A stretch of 64,000 nucleotides of DNA from Flaccisagitta enflata (lineage: Eukaryota), in assembly GCA_965153355.1 (NCBI GenBank), contig OZ231126.1, forward strand, positions 49,104,001 to 49,168,000, in the 5' to 3' direction. The position numbers and the translations under genes were made by a program. Each line of letters begins with the position of its first letter. Positions within the stretch are counted from its first letter, which is position 1. The notes under the pieces are model-generated. The model saw only the letters and a program-made list of their open reading frames with translations, did not search any database and was not told the DNA's origin. Shown here piece by piece: positions 14,785 through 27,233 of the stretch.

Positions 14785-14963
14785 GAGTTCCCTGCTGGAC
14801 AATCTTGCCCTAAGAATCACGTGATGAAGAAAGGAATTTCCGTATGCATGCGTCCTAGAGATCTTTGTCTCGAATGTCCTCCACTCAAGGGCATTCCCGC
14901 AAGTGATTGCCCCAATGGAGATATCGTGATTACACAGGACTGTAATGGTTGCGAAGAACGACG
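14785..14963 (+). CDS. Cysteine-rich protein gene, exon B
   Basis: caacag| ... |gtaaga; EFPAGQSCPKNHVMKKGISVCMRPRDLCLECPPLKGIPASDCPNGDIVITQDCNGCEERR; ends phase 2, matching exon C. Confidence 0.75.
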
Positions 14964-15050
14964 GTAAGACATCATCTCTCCTAATTTTCTACAGCAGGTA
15001 TTTTACAACAAGGGTCAGAGTAAAAAAAGGCCGGATACACGGGTACCCCA

Positions 15051-15505
15051 TGTAGGCCAGCAGGGGTGATTAGGGTGGTTGGAGTGGAGATAGGTCATTT
15101 GACTGCGGGTGTTAGGTTTTGGCCGCATTGTGTAGGCCGGCAGGGGTGATTAGGGTGGTTTGAGTGGAGATAGGTCATTTATCTGCGGGTGTTAGGTTTT
15201 GGCCACATTATTGTAGGCCGGCAGGGGTGATAAGGGTGGTTGGAGTGGAGATAGGTCATTTATCTGCGGGTGTTAGGTTTTGGCCGCATTGTGTAGGCCA
15301 GCGGGGGTGATTAGGGTGGTGGGAGTGGATATTGGTCATTTATCTGCGGGTGTTAGGTTTTAGCCGCAATGCCTCAGTCGCGCGCGGGTGGTCAGGGGCA
15401 ATATATGAGGTCAGGAATGGTCATTTATCTGCGGGTGTTAGGTTTTGGCTGCAATGCCTCAGTCGCGCGCGGGTGGTCAGGGGCAATATATGAGGTCAGG
15501 AATGC
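15051..15505. repeat. About 80-bp tandem repeats inside a Helentron-like element
   Basis: tgtaggcc...ggtgattagggtggttggagtggagataggtcatt four times, then a duplicated 79-bp block. Confidence 0.85.
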
Positions 15506-15707
15506 ATTTGGGCAAGAACAGTAAGGCCAGAAACCTTATAAACGCCGAAAAAGTAAAGTCTGATGGACGGACCTATGGACGGCTGGAGTCGGACGGACCA
15601 ACAAAGTGGGGTGTAGAGTTGCGTACGAAAATGCCTGAGAAAATGTAAGTTGCCCAAAGTAAAAGAAATGATATTGATCTCAATTGTTTTGTTATGCTCT
15701 TTTTCAG

Positions 15708-15825
15708 CTGCGTACCAGTGGCAGTTCCCAAAGGAGACTGCCATTGTGGCAAATATATGTTGGACAAAATTGAAAATCAACTCATCTGTGATTGTTCTCA
15801 GACAGGTACATTTAATCTGTGGTGA
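15708..15825 (+). CDS. Cysteine-rich protein gene, exon C (stop at 15823-15825 or donor at 15806)
   Basis: ttttcag|; CVPVAVPKGDCHCGKYMLDKIENQLICDCSQTG... Confidence 0.65.
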
Positions 15826-16808
15826 TGACGGTGAGCTCCTGAAGAATAGATTATGGTTTCATGGTCTGTAAGAGATACCAATTTGTGTCTCAATCGAATT
15901 GTTCCTAAAAGGTAGGGCAGGCAGGGGCAGTGATAAATAAACATCCGAGGATCGCACATGGTCAGCCCTGCTAGAGTGATCCAGTTATGAAGTGGAGTGA
16001 GAGCAGGGCAGCTGCCCCAAAGGACCCATGTCCTGTAGAACACAGGGGGAAATTTCCAGACGTCCTGAGGGGTAGGGTGGTCAGGAATGGGGTTAAATTT
16101 CATACATTGATATACTTGAGCCATTTGCACAAATGTCCAATAAAAGAAGGATTTCTCACAAGCTGGGTTGTGAAATCAAACAAGAAACCTTGTCGGCAAA
16201 ACTATAGGGTTGCCATGGAGATCTTTTCATTGCCATAGGAAGCCTGCAGTGTTGCCGATATGGTTTAATCTTCAAATTCAGACCTCTACTTGTGGGAAAA
16301 CCTTCTTTTTTGGTACATTTGTACAAACTAGAGTATATCATTTTGGTGACCTATTTGCCCGGCCACCCTACTGAGAGGCATATATGAGCCTTTTAAAGGC
16401 ATATTTGAGAGCTAGGCAGAATTGAGGCTTGGAGAGCAGATTTGAGATTTGGAGGGCAAATTTGAGCCATGGGGGGCTGATTTGATTGACAGTCTGGAGG
16501 GCAGATTTGAGGCGGCTTGGAGAGCAGATTTGAGTCTGGAGGGCAGATTTGAGGCACGGGGGGAACTGATTTGAGGCCGCTGGGGCCGCTGCTAACACAG
16601 GGCCCTGGCACTAGGCATTTCATTTGGGCGAAGCAGTATTGCAAATTGATGCCAAAAACGCCAAAAAAGCTAACGGCAACCTATGGACGGATGAACCGAC
16701 AGGCATAGTAGGATATATAGTCGCGTGCACGCGACTACAAATAATTTCATATAGCTTACAAAACAATTATCAAACATTGAATGGGTCACTAGCTAATAAA
16801 CGACGTGT

Positions 16809-17554
16809 ATACTCTTTTTTCATTTTATAAGCACGTGCCTTTTTTGGCTGAGGCTGAGCGTGCTTAGCTAAAACCTACTATTGAAGCTTGAATATGCTTA
16901 AGTGTGTATTTATCGCATATTGGTAAACAATTGTCCTGTTTAGTATAAAATTTAGTATAGTATAGACTATCGTTTAGAATAGAATACAGTAAAGAATATA
17001 TTCAATATAAAATATCAACAATATCTTTCATTGATATATAAGTATCTTGATTGAATAAAAACTTTTTTAAAATGATATTCAATATTATGATAAATTATTT
17101 TTATGTGGAGCTTACTTATAATTTGTTATTGGCATGAATTATAATTAACAATCATACTAAAGCATCAGATCAATATAATGAGATATTATAAAAAATGTTT
17201 TTGAAAAATTGCATGAAATTCGATTATTTCATCTACATTATGATCCTGAATATATTGAAGGTTGGGCCTGATCATGGGTATTTTTACAAACTGAAATACT
17301 AAAAGGAAAACCTACTGAAATCATTTTATAGTGTAAATTTTAATTACTGAAATAATTATTTATTTCTAAGAAATTCTAACAAAGAATTGAAAAAATTTTA
17401 TATCAATATTGTTTTTGAATTTTAACTTATCACCAAATTTTTTCTCAATGGAAATTCTCAGCCTGGAGCGTGCTTAGCATTGTGCATAGATTTTTCAAAT
17501 ATTTGAGACTGGGCATGCTTATAAACTAGGTGCTTATGAAATAAAAAAAGTGCA
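16809..17554. mobile_element. MITE related to 33741-34169
   Basis: ctcttttttcattttataagcac ... gtgcttatgaaataaaaaaagtg imperfect inverted ends. Confidence 0.6.
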
Positions 17555-17596
17555 CTCCAAAACGAGCCATTGGATGATGATCATTCAAATAGGATC

Positions 17597-17685
17597 TCAA
17601 TTGATGGTTTTCAGTGCTCTTCTTTTCTTCGATGTAACTATTCGATTTGTGTTGCTGAAAACGTAATCTCCCTCGAGAAACCAGC
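17597..17685 (-). CDS. Unrecognised protein gene, terminal exon
   Basis: cattttcag|; GWFLEGDYVFSNTNRIVTSKKRRALKTIN-stop, phase matches. Confidence 0.55.
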
Positions 17686-17833
17686 CTGAAAATGAGAACG
17701 TACCGCATCAGTAAACGAGTCCCAATGATGGCTACCGATCACTTGATTTCGCCCAGTATTCTGACTCGAGCGAGGCCATAATATTACTAATAGCCTGCCA
17801 AGAGAAATGTCGGGGTCCCCATCATCGGTTTAC

Positions 17834-17985
17834 CTGCTTGTAAGCTCCACTCCTGACTTGCATTGAAGCTATTTTGCTCGATGTCGAAAATGTATGGGTG
17901 AAATGGGGCTTTCGGATATGACGTATCGTCACAAGGCCGCTTCGTGAAACAGCCACAGTAAGTTGCTTTCATTTCAGGGTTGATT
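17834..17985 (-). CDS. Unrecognised protein gene, internal exon
   Basis: acgcag| ... G|GTAAAC; INPEMKATYCGCFTKRPCDDTSYPKAPFHPYIFDIEQNSFNASQEWSLQA; phases consistent on both sides. Confidence 0.6.
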
Positions 17986-18151
17986 CTGCGTCGATAAGAA
18001 AGGGAGGTGGTTGTATGGATGTTGTGGGTGAAAAGTATAGGAGCCTAGCCTAAGTGTTTGGAGCCGCCACGTCCAATTTGTGTTACAAGAAATTTTTTCG
18101 TCACAACTAATTTTGACTCAAAACTTACTGGTTGGAAGCTCTCTTTTATAA

Positions 18152-18258
<107 letters not shown>

Positions 18259-18544
18259 ATGTCTCTTAACACATATATAACATATATAAACTATATATCG
18301 CTATATAGCAAGCTATAACTTTCCATATAACATATACTTTCCATATAACATATATATAACATATATAACTCTTTCTCTCTCTTTCTCTCTCTCTCTATGA
18401 GGTGTGTGTTCCGACTACGTGCATCAATGGCACCCCCGGCGGCCCCTTGCCATACGGCTCTGTAGTACCTTCACTAAACCGTACACAAATTTCTAGGGTA
18501 GAGGTTAAAGATTTCGCATGACAAAGGGTCAACGATGTATTTAC

Positions 18545-18750
18545 CTGAAAGCCAGTGTGAGATTGGAATGATTTAAGTATGGCGAAACCGTGATGTCGTA
18601 ATGGAACATGTGCCCCACATTCTTTTGACAATCTTTCGTTGACATAATTCCGGTTTTGCAAAGACGCTCATCGATGGTGTAGTTGTACTCTTTGATATGC
18701 GCATCCTCGATTCTAAAGTCTTTAAGAAGAGAGGAATGGTGATAGTTCAT
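18545..18750 (-). CDS. Unrecognised protein gene, internal exon (5' boundary uncertain)
   Basis: LLKDFRIEDAHIKEYNYTIDERLCKTGIMSTKDCQKNVGHMFHYDITVSPYLNHSNLTLAF; phase-2 donor AG|GTAAAT matches the next exon. Confidence 0.55.
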
Positions 18751-18780
18751 CTATCTTGTGCTTTAGCTCATCTATCGGTC

Positions 18781-20995
18781 TTGGGGGCTTCGCATAGCAA
18801 AAAATTTGATTTTCCTCTTGTCCCGCTAACCCAATACGGAGTGAAAAAAATCATGAAGATGACCGTTTTCTTTTTTTCAAAATTCCTTCATCTTCCGTTT
18901 TTGTTTTGGGCCGTAAAGTTTCTCAGATTCCCAGAATTCCAGCAGATCTGTGTGAGTCTTGTTTGCCTAGCCATGCGGCAGAGCATTTTCACGCCACGAT
19001 TTTCGACGCACCTCTAATAATCGCCAGGCGACTTCCCGGTTTCAGATGGCACTAAAACCTTACTGTTTCGGTTTCCATTCTGAATTTTATGGCATTTATC
19101 ACTTGTTGCTTCTGATACAATGTGCTACTTATGCTGTTATACATTGGTTTGAAGCTCTGTCAGACTTAACCAAAGCTAAATATGATAATGAATGAAATGA
19201 CTAGTAACATGAATGATAAATGATAATTAAAACATTTTATGTGATTCTTTGTCCCCGACGAACAGTTTTTGTCGGTGACTGCATGTGATGAACCTGATAG
19301 GTAGCAGTCGTGTTTGTCGTCATGCGTCGATAGATTGGGTCAGGACTTTAAAGGCACACTCATATCTTTTGAACCCGGGCCTCCAGAGTTCGTGAGCTTT
19401 ATGATGTTATTTTTATGTCCAATGAGGAGCTTGTGTACCAATTTTCAGAAAAATTCATTATCTTACTACCCTTTGCCTAATACTTTTGTAGTAATATTTG
19501 GCAGGGACTTGGTGGTTTACATAGGTAGAGGGTAGTAAAGGTTTATGAATTTTTTTTAGATTTGGTATACAAGCAGAGGGTAGGTGGTAAATAAACAATC
19601 CCTGCAAAATTCGAATTAAATCTGAGGTCTGGTTCATGAGATATTAGCTTATTTATGTAATAGTATATTGCTAGGACTCTGGCAATTTACATAGGCAAAG
19701 GAGTAGTAAAGGTATGTGAATTTTTTTCAAATTTGGTACACAAGTAGAGGGTAGTAAATAACTAACCTAAAATTCGAATTAAATCTGAAATCTGGTTTAG
19801 AGAATAAAAGCTAGCTTTATGTGTGACTACTATGACTTAGAAAGCATTTTACATGAAATAAAGGGGTGCAAAGTTATGTGAATTTTTTTAATTTGGTATA
19901 CAGTAAGGACTAACCATTGAACTGCCCCTGCAAAATTCGAATTAAATTTGAAGTCTGGTTTATAAGATATAAGCTTATTAATGTAGTAATATGTTACTAG
20001 GACTTAGGCCCATATAGAGGATTGGAGTTCTTTACATTTATTACATTCTGATTTTTCTTTAGGTTTGCCATCATGGATTTCAAGATTCATCTTCAGCTTT
20101 ACATGATCATGTAACTTCAACTACTGTGATCATATTCCAGCTACCACTGTGATCATCTTCAACTACTGTGATCATCTTTAACTTCTGTGATCATCTTCCA
20201 ACTACTGTGATCATCTTCAGCTGCCTGTGATCATCTTCAACTACTGTGATCATCTTCAACTACTGTGATCATCTTCAGCTACTGTGATCATCTTCAACTA
20301 CTATGATCATCTTCAACTACTGTGATCATCTTCAGCACTGTGATCATCTTCCTTCTGTCATCATCTTCAACTACTGTCATCATCTTCATCCACTGTCATC
20401 ATCTTCATCCACTGTCATCATCCGCAATTACTGTCATAATCTTCATCTACTGTCATCATCTCCATCTACTTTAACATCCTCAACTACCATCATCATCTTA
20501 AACTACTGTCATCATCTTCAACTATTAAATTTTGTGAAAAATTTTTTTTGTTATTTTTTTGCAAAATTTTTTCCTGGACTTCAGAATTTTTTTTTCTTTT
20601 TAAATTTTTTTTTTTTTTTTTTTTTGAAAAAAAAAAATTTTACAAAAATTTTTTTTTTTTGTATTTTTTTTTTTTAATTTTTTTTTTTTTCGAAGAGAAT
20701 TTTTTTTTTAAACATTGTTTTTTTTCCACTTAGATTTTAGTTATAGGCTATCTGTTATTATTTTGTCATCATGTCATCCCACTATTGTTATCTTGTCAGG
20801 ATTTTGTCATCGATAAACAATATTTTTTTCTTCTTGAAACTGCTGTCATGTAGTGTATCTTGCCGAGTTGCATTTTTGCTGGCTAAAAATTACAGTCCCA
20901 GTCAGGAGCTGTAATTTTGTCTTTTTTTCATTTTTTTTTTTTTCTGTCTCCCTGCCTATTTTTTTTTTAAAAAGCACAAAATGGCCAAAATGAGA

Positions 20996-21042
<47 letters not shown>

Positions 21043-21185
21043 CGAGCATCATCCATGAATTGATTAAGGAAACAGGGCTACTAATCAATTTAGGTTATCA
21101 TACAACTTTTGATCACTTGATCACTTGAAGTCTGGCCCGCCAAGTCTGAGTACTGTTGTTAAGTCGCAGTGAGCTTGAGAAAGTC

Positions 21186-21249
<64 letters not shown>

Positions 21250-21373
21250 GCATCATCCATGAATTGACTGAAACAGGTGCAATCGATTTGGTTATCATAC
21301 AACGCGATCACTTGATCACTTGAAGTGTGGTCCATGAAGTCCGGAAGTGCTATTGTTAAGTCGCGAAGTGAGC

Positions 21374-21405
<32 letters not shown>

Positions 21406-21887
21406 CAGTTACATGTTGGTAGACAAAGATAGGTAATCGATCAATGGCGGTTTTAGGTAGGCAAAACCTGCCCATGATTAGTAGTGAAAAATTGCCACAC
21501 GATCTAACTTATCGATTTCCTCGCACGGCTCTATTCGCGGGGCAGTGCGGCATTTATTTCTGGCCCGCCTGCCCGTTTCCCGGGAATCATGATTTTTATA
21601 AAAATAAATTAAAATATCACAGCAAAAGTTACGAAAGAGCTTGGGAAAAGGCAGATTAACAATTCTTTAAAGAGCAAAAATTTGTAAAAGCTAATTCAAA
21701 AAAGATCAGCATATTTTTTTATCCCATTGCAATATACAAATTAGGCTCTCAAAAACAATTTTCTACAAAACGGAAGATGAACGAATTTTAATAAAAGAAA
21801 AATGGTAAGGGTCCTAAAATTAGCCACTCCATATCAGGTAAAGAGGATGAAAAGAAATAAGCAACTTTTGCTATGTGAAGCACCCAA
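18781..21887. mobile_element. 3.1-kb TIR element with internal tandem arrays; related 0.5-kb copy at 21934-22430
   Basis: ttgggggcttcgcatagcaaaa ... ttttgctatgtgaagcacccaa; flanked by gtc on both sides. Confidence 0.55.
20100..20525. repeat. 19-bp minisatellite CTACTGTGATCATCTTCAA
   Basis: About 20 units, decaying toward both ends. Confidence 0.9.
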
Positions 21888-22707
21888 GTCTTAGGGGTAG
21901 GGTCAAACGCCGTTTGGCAATGAACTGGGCCATTTGGGCGCTTCACATAGCTAAATTTTGAATTTCCTCTTGTCCCGTTTACCCAATGCAGAGGGATTAA
22001 TTTCAAGGCGTTTACCGTCTTTCTTTTTTTAAAAATTGTCCATCTTCCATTTCTTTAGTAGCACTTTTATGTCCAGATTTGCATAACACTGTGGGAGGCT
22101 TCCGTTGGTTTACGACACTACCAACTTCTTCCTGTATCATTTAGACTGCGCATATGTATAACAATAACACCCGCAACATTTTCATCTTTGTTTTTGCAGA
22201 TGTTTTTTGTTTAATTGATTTTCTAAGGAATTGTAAGCCTGTCTAACAACTTAAGATCATGGATCTTGCTTCCCCATTAAATTTTTTAAGATATCTTAAG
22301 AGCTAAAAAAAAAACGGAAGACAAACAAATTTTGAGAAAAGCAAAACAGTCATCTTCATGATTTTTTCACTTCATATGGGACTAATGGGAGGAAGAAATA
22401 CATTGCAAAAACGTTATTTGGAGCGGCCAACTGGGCCAAGGAGCTGGGATTTGGTTCATGGGGCGATGATTTGTACCCAAAGGCTGAAATATGAGCCTCA
22501 AGGGGGGGGATGTAGGAGGTGAAAGCATAAGTCATCGGTCCTTTTAGGGTCACTGCCCAAAAGTGACGGCTATAATTTAACTTGTTTAGCTTGAGAGTTT
22601 TGAAGGCATCAACATTTCTATTGCTAAGTTTTTTCACATTTTGAATTTACTGTTGCTATTTCGGACCGCAGTCGGTAATATTGGGTTAACCCGTTTGGAT
22701 CAGTTAC

Positions 22708-23018
22708 CCGAATAATTGTCTGGCTTTTCCTCGTTCCGTCTTTGACGCCTTGCCTCTCTCCTCCGTTTGAATCTGACGTCAAAGTGGCCGTCGTGGGTCT
22801 CCATTTGGACTACCATCGGTGATAAACGCGGGTCATCCACGTAAGCTTCTCCCATCGATTGATAACTGGATGGCATCTGAGAAAGTGGAAGATACCAGAT
22901 GGGGCGAAGAGAAAATGAGACCAACCGACAGAACAACAAACCATTGGACACAACTAGTTCGATGTGCGTTGGCGCCGTTAAAATCAGGATTTATGGAATT
23001 CAAGGTTTGATTACTCAT
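22708..23018 (-). CDS. Candidate first exon of the unrecognised minus-strand gene (one-base frameshift near 22852)
   Basis: MSNQT...WFVVLSVGLIFSSPHLVSS (hydrophobic) joins EAYVDDPRLSPMVVQ...RFKRRREARRQRR if one G of a GGG run is removed; donor GTAACT follows. Confidence 0.3.
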
Positions 23019-23184
23019 TATTTTGATGTAGGAATAGAATTTTAAGCTAAGATGCAGAAAATTATAAGTTTATACAGTATTTACAAACGCTGAGGTTGGT
23101 CCCATCGCAAAGAACCGCGATAACTGATGTTAAGGGACTTATGAATTTTGTCTGTTATATTCTGCCTCAATCTGGCCCCTCAAC

Positions 23185-23592
23185 TACAGACGGGACCCTA
23201 ATAAGAGCGGAGGAGGGACCCAAAGTTTTAGCATCACCCCCTACAGCTTATAGAGTTCAAGCAAATTTCCAATTTGCTGAGGCGGAATATACCTTAGGTG
23301 GATACAATTGGCGCCACTGTGGCGATTTTCAAATTTCCACCAAGAACACGCCCAAATTGTTAAAATTGAAGAAAAAATTGTTTAATTTTTTGGGGGGCAC
23401 CGAAGGGTGATTTTGCAAAATCTAAGGGTGTTCTAGGTGGAAATTCAAAAATCGCCACGGTGGCGCCAATTGTATCCACCTAAGGTGTAAACTGCCATAG
23501 CAAGTGAGAAGAATGCTTGAGCCATATAAGCTGTAGGGGGTGATGCTAAAACTTTGGGTCCCTCCTCCGCTCTTATTAGGGTCCCGTCTGTA
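23185..23592. mobile_element. Young TA-flanked MITE
   Basis: Perfect inverted ends of more than 60 bp (TACAGACGGGACCCTAATAAGAGCGGAGGAGGGACCC...) plus inner inverted arms. Confidence 0.9.
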
Positions 23593-24037
23593 ATCCAAAC
23601 CTCTAATCAGCCCTCCCTGGCCTAGTATCAACCCTCCAAACCCATCAGCCCTATCAGATCTTTAAGTAGGCCACTAAGCCTAAAATCAGCCCGGTCAGGC
23701 CTCAAATCAGCTATTTTAGGCCTCAGAACCATATGTTCATCAGGACTTGGTTTCTTTTAGGACCCTTCCAGACCTCAATTTTGCCGGGTGGATGATATTT
23801 TTACAGAATCCCGTGACTCACGGGTAATCTCCGCAAAAATTGACCCGCATCGGACAGACTGACCGAGACTCATTCCTGCATCGTGAACCGATATCTGGTG
23901 TGCGACACCGAGACAGACCGACGAGACAGACAGACAGACAGACAGACAGAAAGACAGGGGATTAGTAAGGAGAAGAGAGGGAGAGGTCGAGGAGAGACAA
24001 TGGAGAGAAAAAAGAAAGTGTGAATTGAGAATGGGGT

Positions 24038-24082
<45 letters not shown>

Positions 24083-24512
24083 TCGATGCTTTCAGTCAGA
24101 TTTGGGTGAGCAATCGCCCAAAATTGATAACAGTAAAAGAGCAGACAAAAGAGGTTGAATGACTGGCTTATGCTCATGCTTTCTTACATTTCTCAAATCA
24201 AGATGTGTATTGCGATCTAATCAACGTTGCAAATGTAAAAAATTGCTGTAAGTAGGGTGTAACCCCATCCAAATCGTCATTTTGGTCCTTCCAATACAAC
24301 CTTGGAAATAAGTTTATCGCATCACTTAAAGCCTCATATCTCCTTTAGAAAACAAAAAATCTACAAAAAATTGGTGAGATTCTGAAACTTCTTCAAATTT
24401 TCTAGCAGTTGGCATCAACCGTGTCACTGTGCATCTAACCGTTTAGAAATGAGAGCTGAATAAAGTTAGGTACCTCTTATGAAAAATGGCATAAAAATGG
24501 CATTTTTGAAAC

Positions 24513-24830
24513 GCGGTTCATGGAAGATGGCGCACCCGCTCATCTGGCTGTTTTAACGAAGCAATGGCACTAAAGGCACAATGTCAAAGGTCAAACACTT
24601 CTTCAGTTACCCCAGGAACGGCCCAGATCTCAACCTGATTGAATCTCAAAAGTCCCAATTGAAGCAATGACAAAGACGAGAATGTGCAACATGGATGGCA
24701 GGACTAAAAAAAATTGCGTTTAAGTCCGGAGGAAGATCATGCTATCATACCTTCAGTCGCAGTACGAAAGCTTGCTGAGACGCATCAGAGCGTTTGAAAA
24801 GGTCAAGGAGGCCAAGACCAAATATCAAGA
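24513..24830 (+). pseudogene. Degenerate Tc1-family DDE transposase C-terminal relic
   Basis: FMEDGAPAHLAVLTKQWH* ... PRNGPDLNLIE (compare QDGAPAH...WP.NSPDLNPIE) ... YESLLRRIRA ... TKY; stops and frameshifts. Confidence 0.75.
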
Positions 24831-25472
24831 TTGTTACAGACATGTTAATTGTATTATCTTGTCCATAAAACGCCCCTTAATCCAAAATGCGATAAACTTT
24901 TTTCCAAGATAGTAAATCCCATTTTCTCTCTTTCTTACATTTACAATGTCTTTCATTCGATATTCATTCATGCCATGGACGAATTATTCATGTCTGAAAT
25001 TAAAAAAACAGTTTCATACCGACTGGTTTCCTTCAAATAGTTACAAATGTCAAGTGTCCTGTCTCAAATTCGAAATTTTTCCAATTTTTATCAAAGATCG
25101 TTTCCCGATAGCCTCCAATTCCGATTTTGATTTTATGCGAAAAAAAAAAACTCACAACAAATCGATCACGAATCTCAGACTCTGTCTCTTGAGTCTCCAA
25201 TGTGATAGGACGAAAAACGCCAAAGTGGCTGCTTTCTCTCACGTTATCTGCATTTTCTCGCCCTTAGCCTGTTGTGCTTCGGATCCGAAGGACAGGTCTA
25301 GGTGGAGAATAAACAAAACCGTTGCAATTTAAATCCAAATATCTAATAAAACAAACAAAACAAAGGAGAAAAAGAAACAAATCATAAATCTATGAAAAAA
25401 GCGACTTGGAATTACCTCTTTCTACGTGTTAATTACGGGGTCCAAAAACAAAGACAAACCTAACATCTACTC

Positions 25473-25608
25473 ATGACCAACGATAATAATTTGTTTGTAC
25501 CGCTTGTTTTTCGAAGGCCCTTTAACGGCCCTCCAACTCCAAACCTATCTGGAGAGGAGGAAGGACTAAGCGCCAGATTCGATTTTAGCTTTACGGAACA
25601 ACCACAGC

Positions 25609-25657
<49 letters not shown>

Positions 25658-27233
25658 GAGGGGTTCCAGCAGCAAAATGACGAACAAGGGTAAAAACGGA
25701 AAGGGAAAGACGACGAAAGGACAAAAAGGGGCACAAATAGAGGCAACTACTGGCGGCCTTCAACTGTCTAACCCATTTGAGAGTCTCAATGAAGACGAGG
25801 ATTCGTTGCCACCAATCCCAGACATCCCAGACGTGGATGACCTAAACGAAACCCAGCGTAAAATGCTGCTTTTAAAGATGGCACAAAAACTACGTCTAAG
25901 TCCAGACTCTCTCACGGGCGACACAGCGACTTCAGACTCTGGCCAAACACCGAATGATGCGGCGATGGCAGAGGACGGTCAAGGGGTATCAGCTGCAACA
26001 CCAAACGGCGCAACCGGGAACTTTGTTCGACCATTTGTGACCCCAAGCCGTAAAAGAGGTCCCACAGCAGCGACTGCGGCCGTGGACTCAAAACGACCCA
26101 GGATGAGTACCAGTGGTGGCGAGGTTGAGAAAGTATTTCTGACTTGGGTGAAAAGGGAATTTGTTAAAAATGGGATAATTTTCAAACGGGAATTTTCAAA
26201 AGTAATGCCAAATGTAAATTTAGATCAAGTTATCATCACCCAGTCAGGATGCGTTATTCTTTGCCCGACTGCTCCCGAGGATTTTTCTAGGCTAATGAAA
26301 GAAAATTGGTCAAGACATGTTTCTTTTGGTAACAACTTAGCAGTTTCCTTATCTAAAAATAAGAAAGTAGAGTATAAGGCAATTATCCTCGGTGTTGACC
26401 CGGACTTGGAAGACGACTGCCTCAAACAAGAGTTGGAGGAAAGAAACAGCCTCAAATTGACCAATATAGTCCGATTTTGCCATAAAGAAACTGGTACCAA
26501 AACTTTCAAAGTTTGCATAACTCTTGAAAATGAGGAAACTCAAAAAAGGGTGCTGCGTGAGGGCGTCCATCTTGGGTGGGAACACCACAAGTGTGCTGAA
26601 CACCAGGACAGGCGCCCCCACAGCAGTGCCCCAGGCAATTCGATCAGCCAATGTTTCAACTGTCAAAAATGGAACCCTGACCACAAGCGGGCACAATGCA
26701 AAGGAACGCGTGCCTGCTTGTGGTGCTCACAGGACCATTTTCACAAAGAGTGTCCTCATTTTCAAACAAAAGACAAAGAACATGCGAAATGTGCAAACTG
26801 CAATGAAGCACATCCGGCATGGTCTAAAGACTGCGTGGCCTTCAAGGCAGCTTCAAAAAACTCATCTCAGCCCACGTTGGCAAGGGTGGTCAGTTCTAAC
26901 TCTATGTCAAAAAATGACCTGGATGCGGCTGTGGGGAAGATATGGGAGTCTCTGGCCCCAGTCATTTCCATGGTGGTTTCCAGGGCTGTACTTGACCTCG
27001 AGGTGGAAATGAAAAAACCCAGAGTGAGCAAATCGGAGCTTGTCTTGAAGACCACAGCAAATGCAGTCAAAGCCATTAAGGACTGCGGGCTTCTGCATAG
27101 CAATGGATCACTCGAGCTGACTGCGGTTCAAGAGACCGTATGGAAAGGCGTCTTCCCTCAGGATGATTTTCCAGCCGCCAGTCAGGGCAGCTCCACACCC
27201 CAAAATAGTATGAATCTTCAACTTTCACAATGA
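25473..27233 (+). CDS. Non-LTR retrotransposon ORF1, gag-like nucleic-acid-binding protein with three CCHC knuckles
   Basis: 586 aa; CFNCQKWNPDHKRAQC, CLWCSQDHFHKEC, CANCNEAHPAWSKDC; LSNPFESL motif near the N-terminus; directly upstream of an APE-RT ORF. The true start may be the ATG at 25678. Confidence 0.9.

Noticed and set aside
26524..27012. 162-aa alternative-frame ORF inside LINE ORF1, and antisense ORFs over the LINE
   Set aside because: Shadow ORFs of a long coding region, with no motifs.
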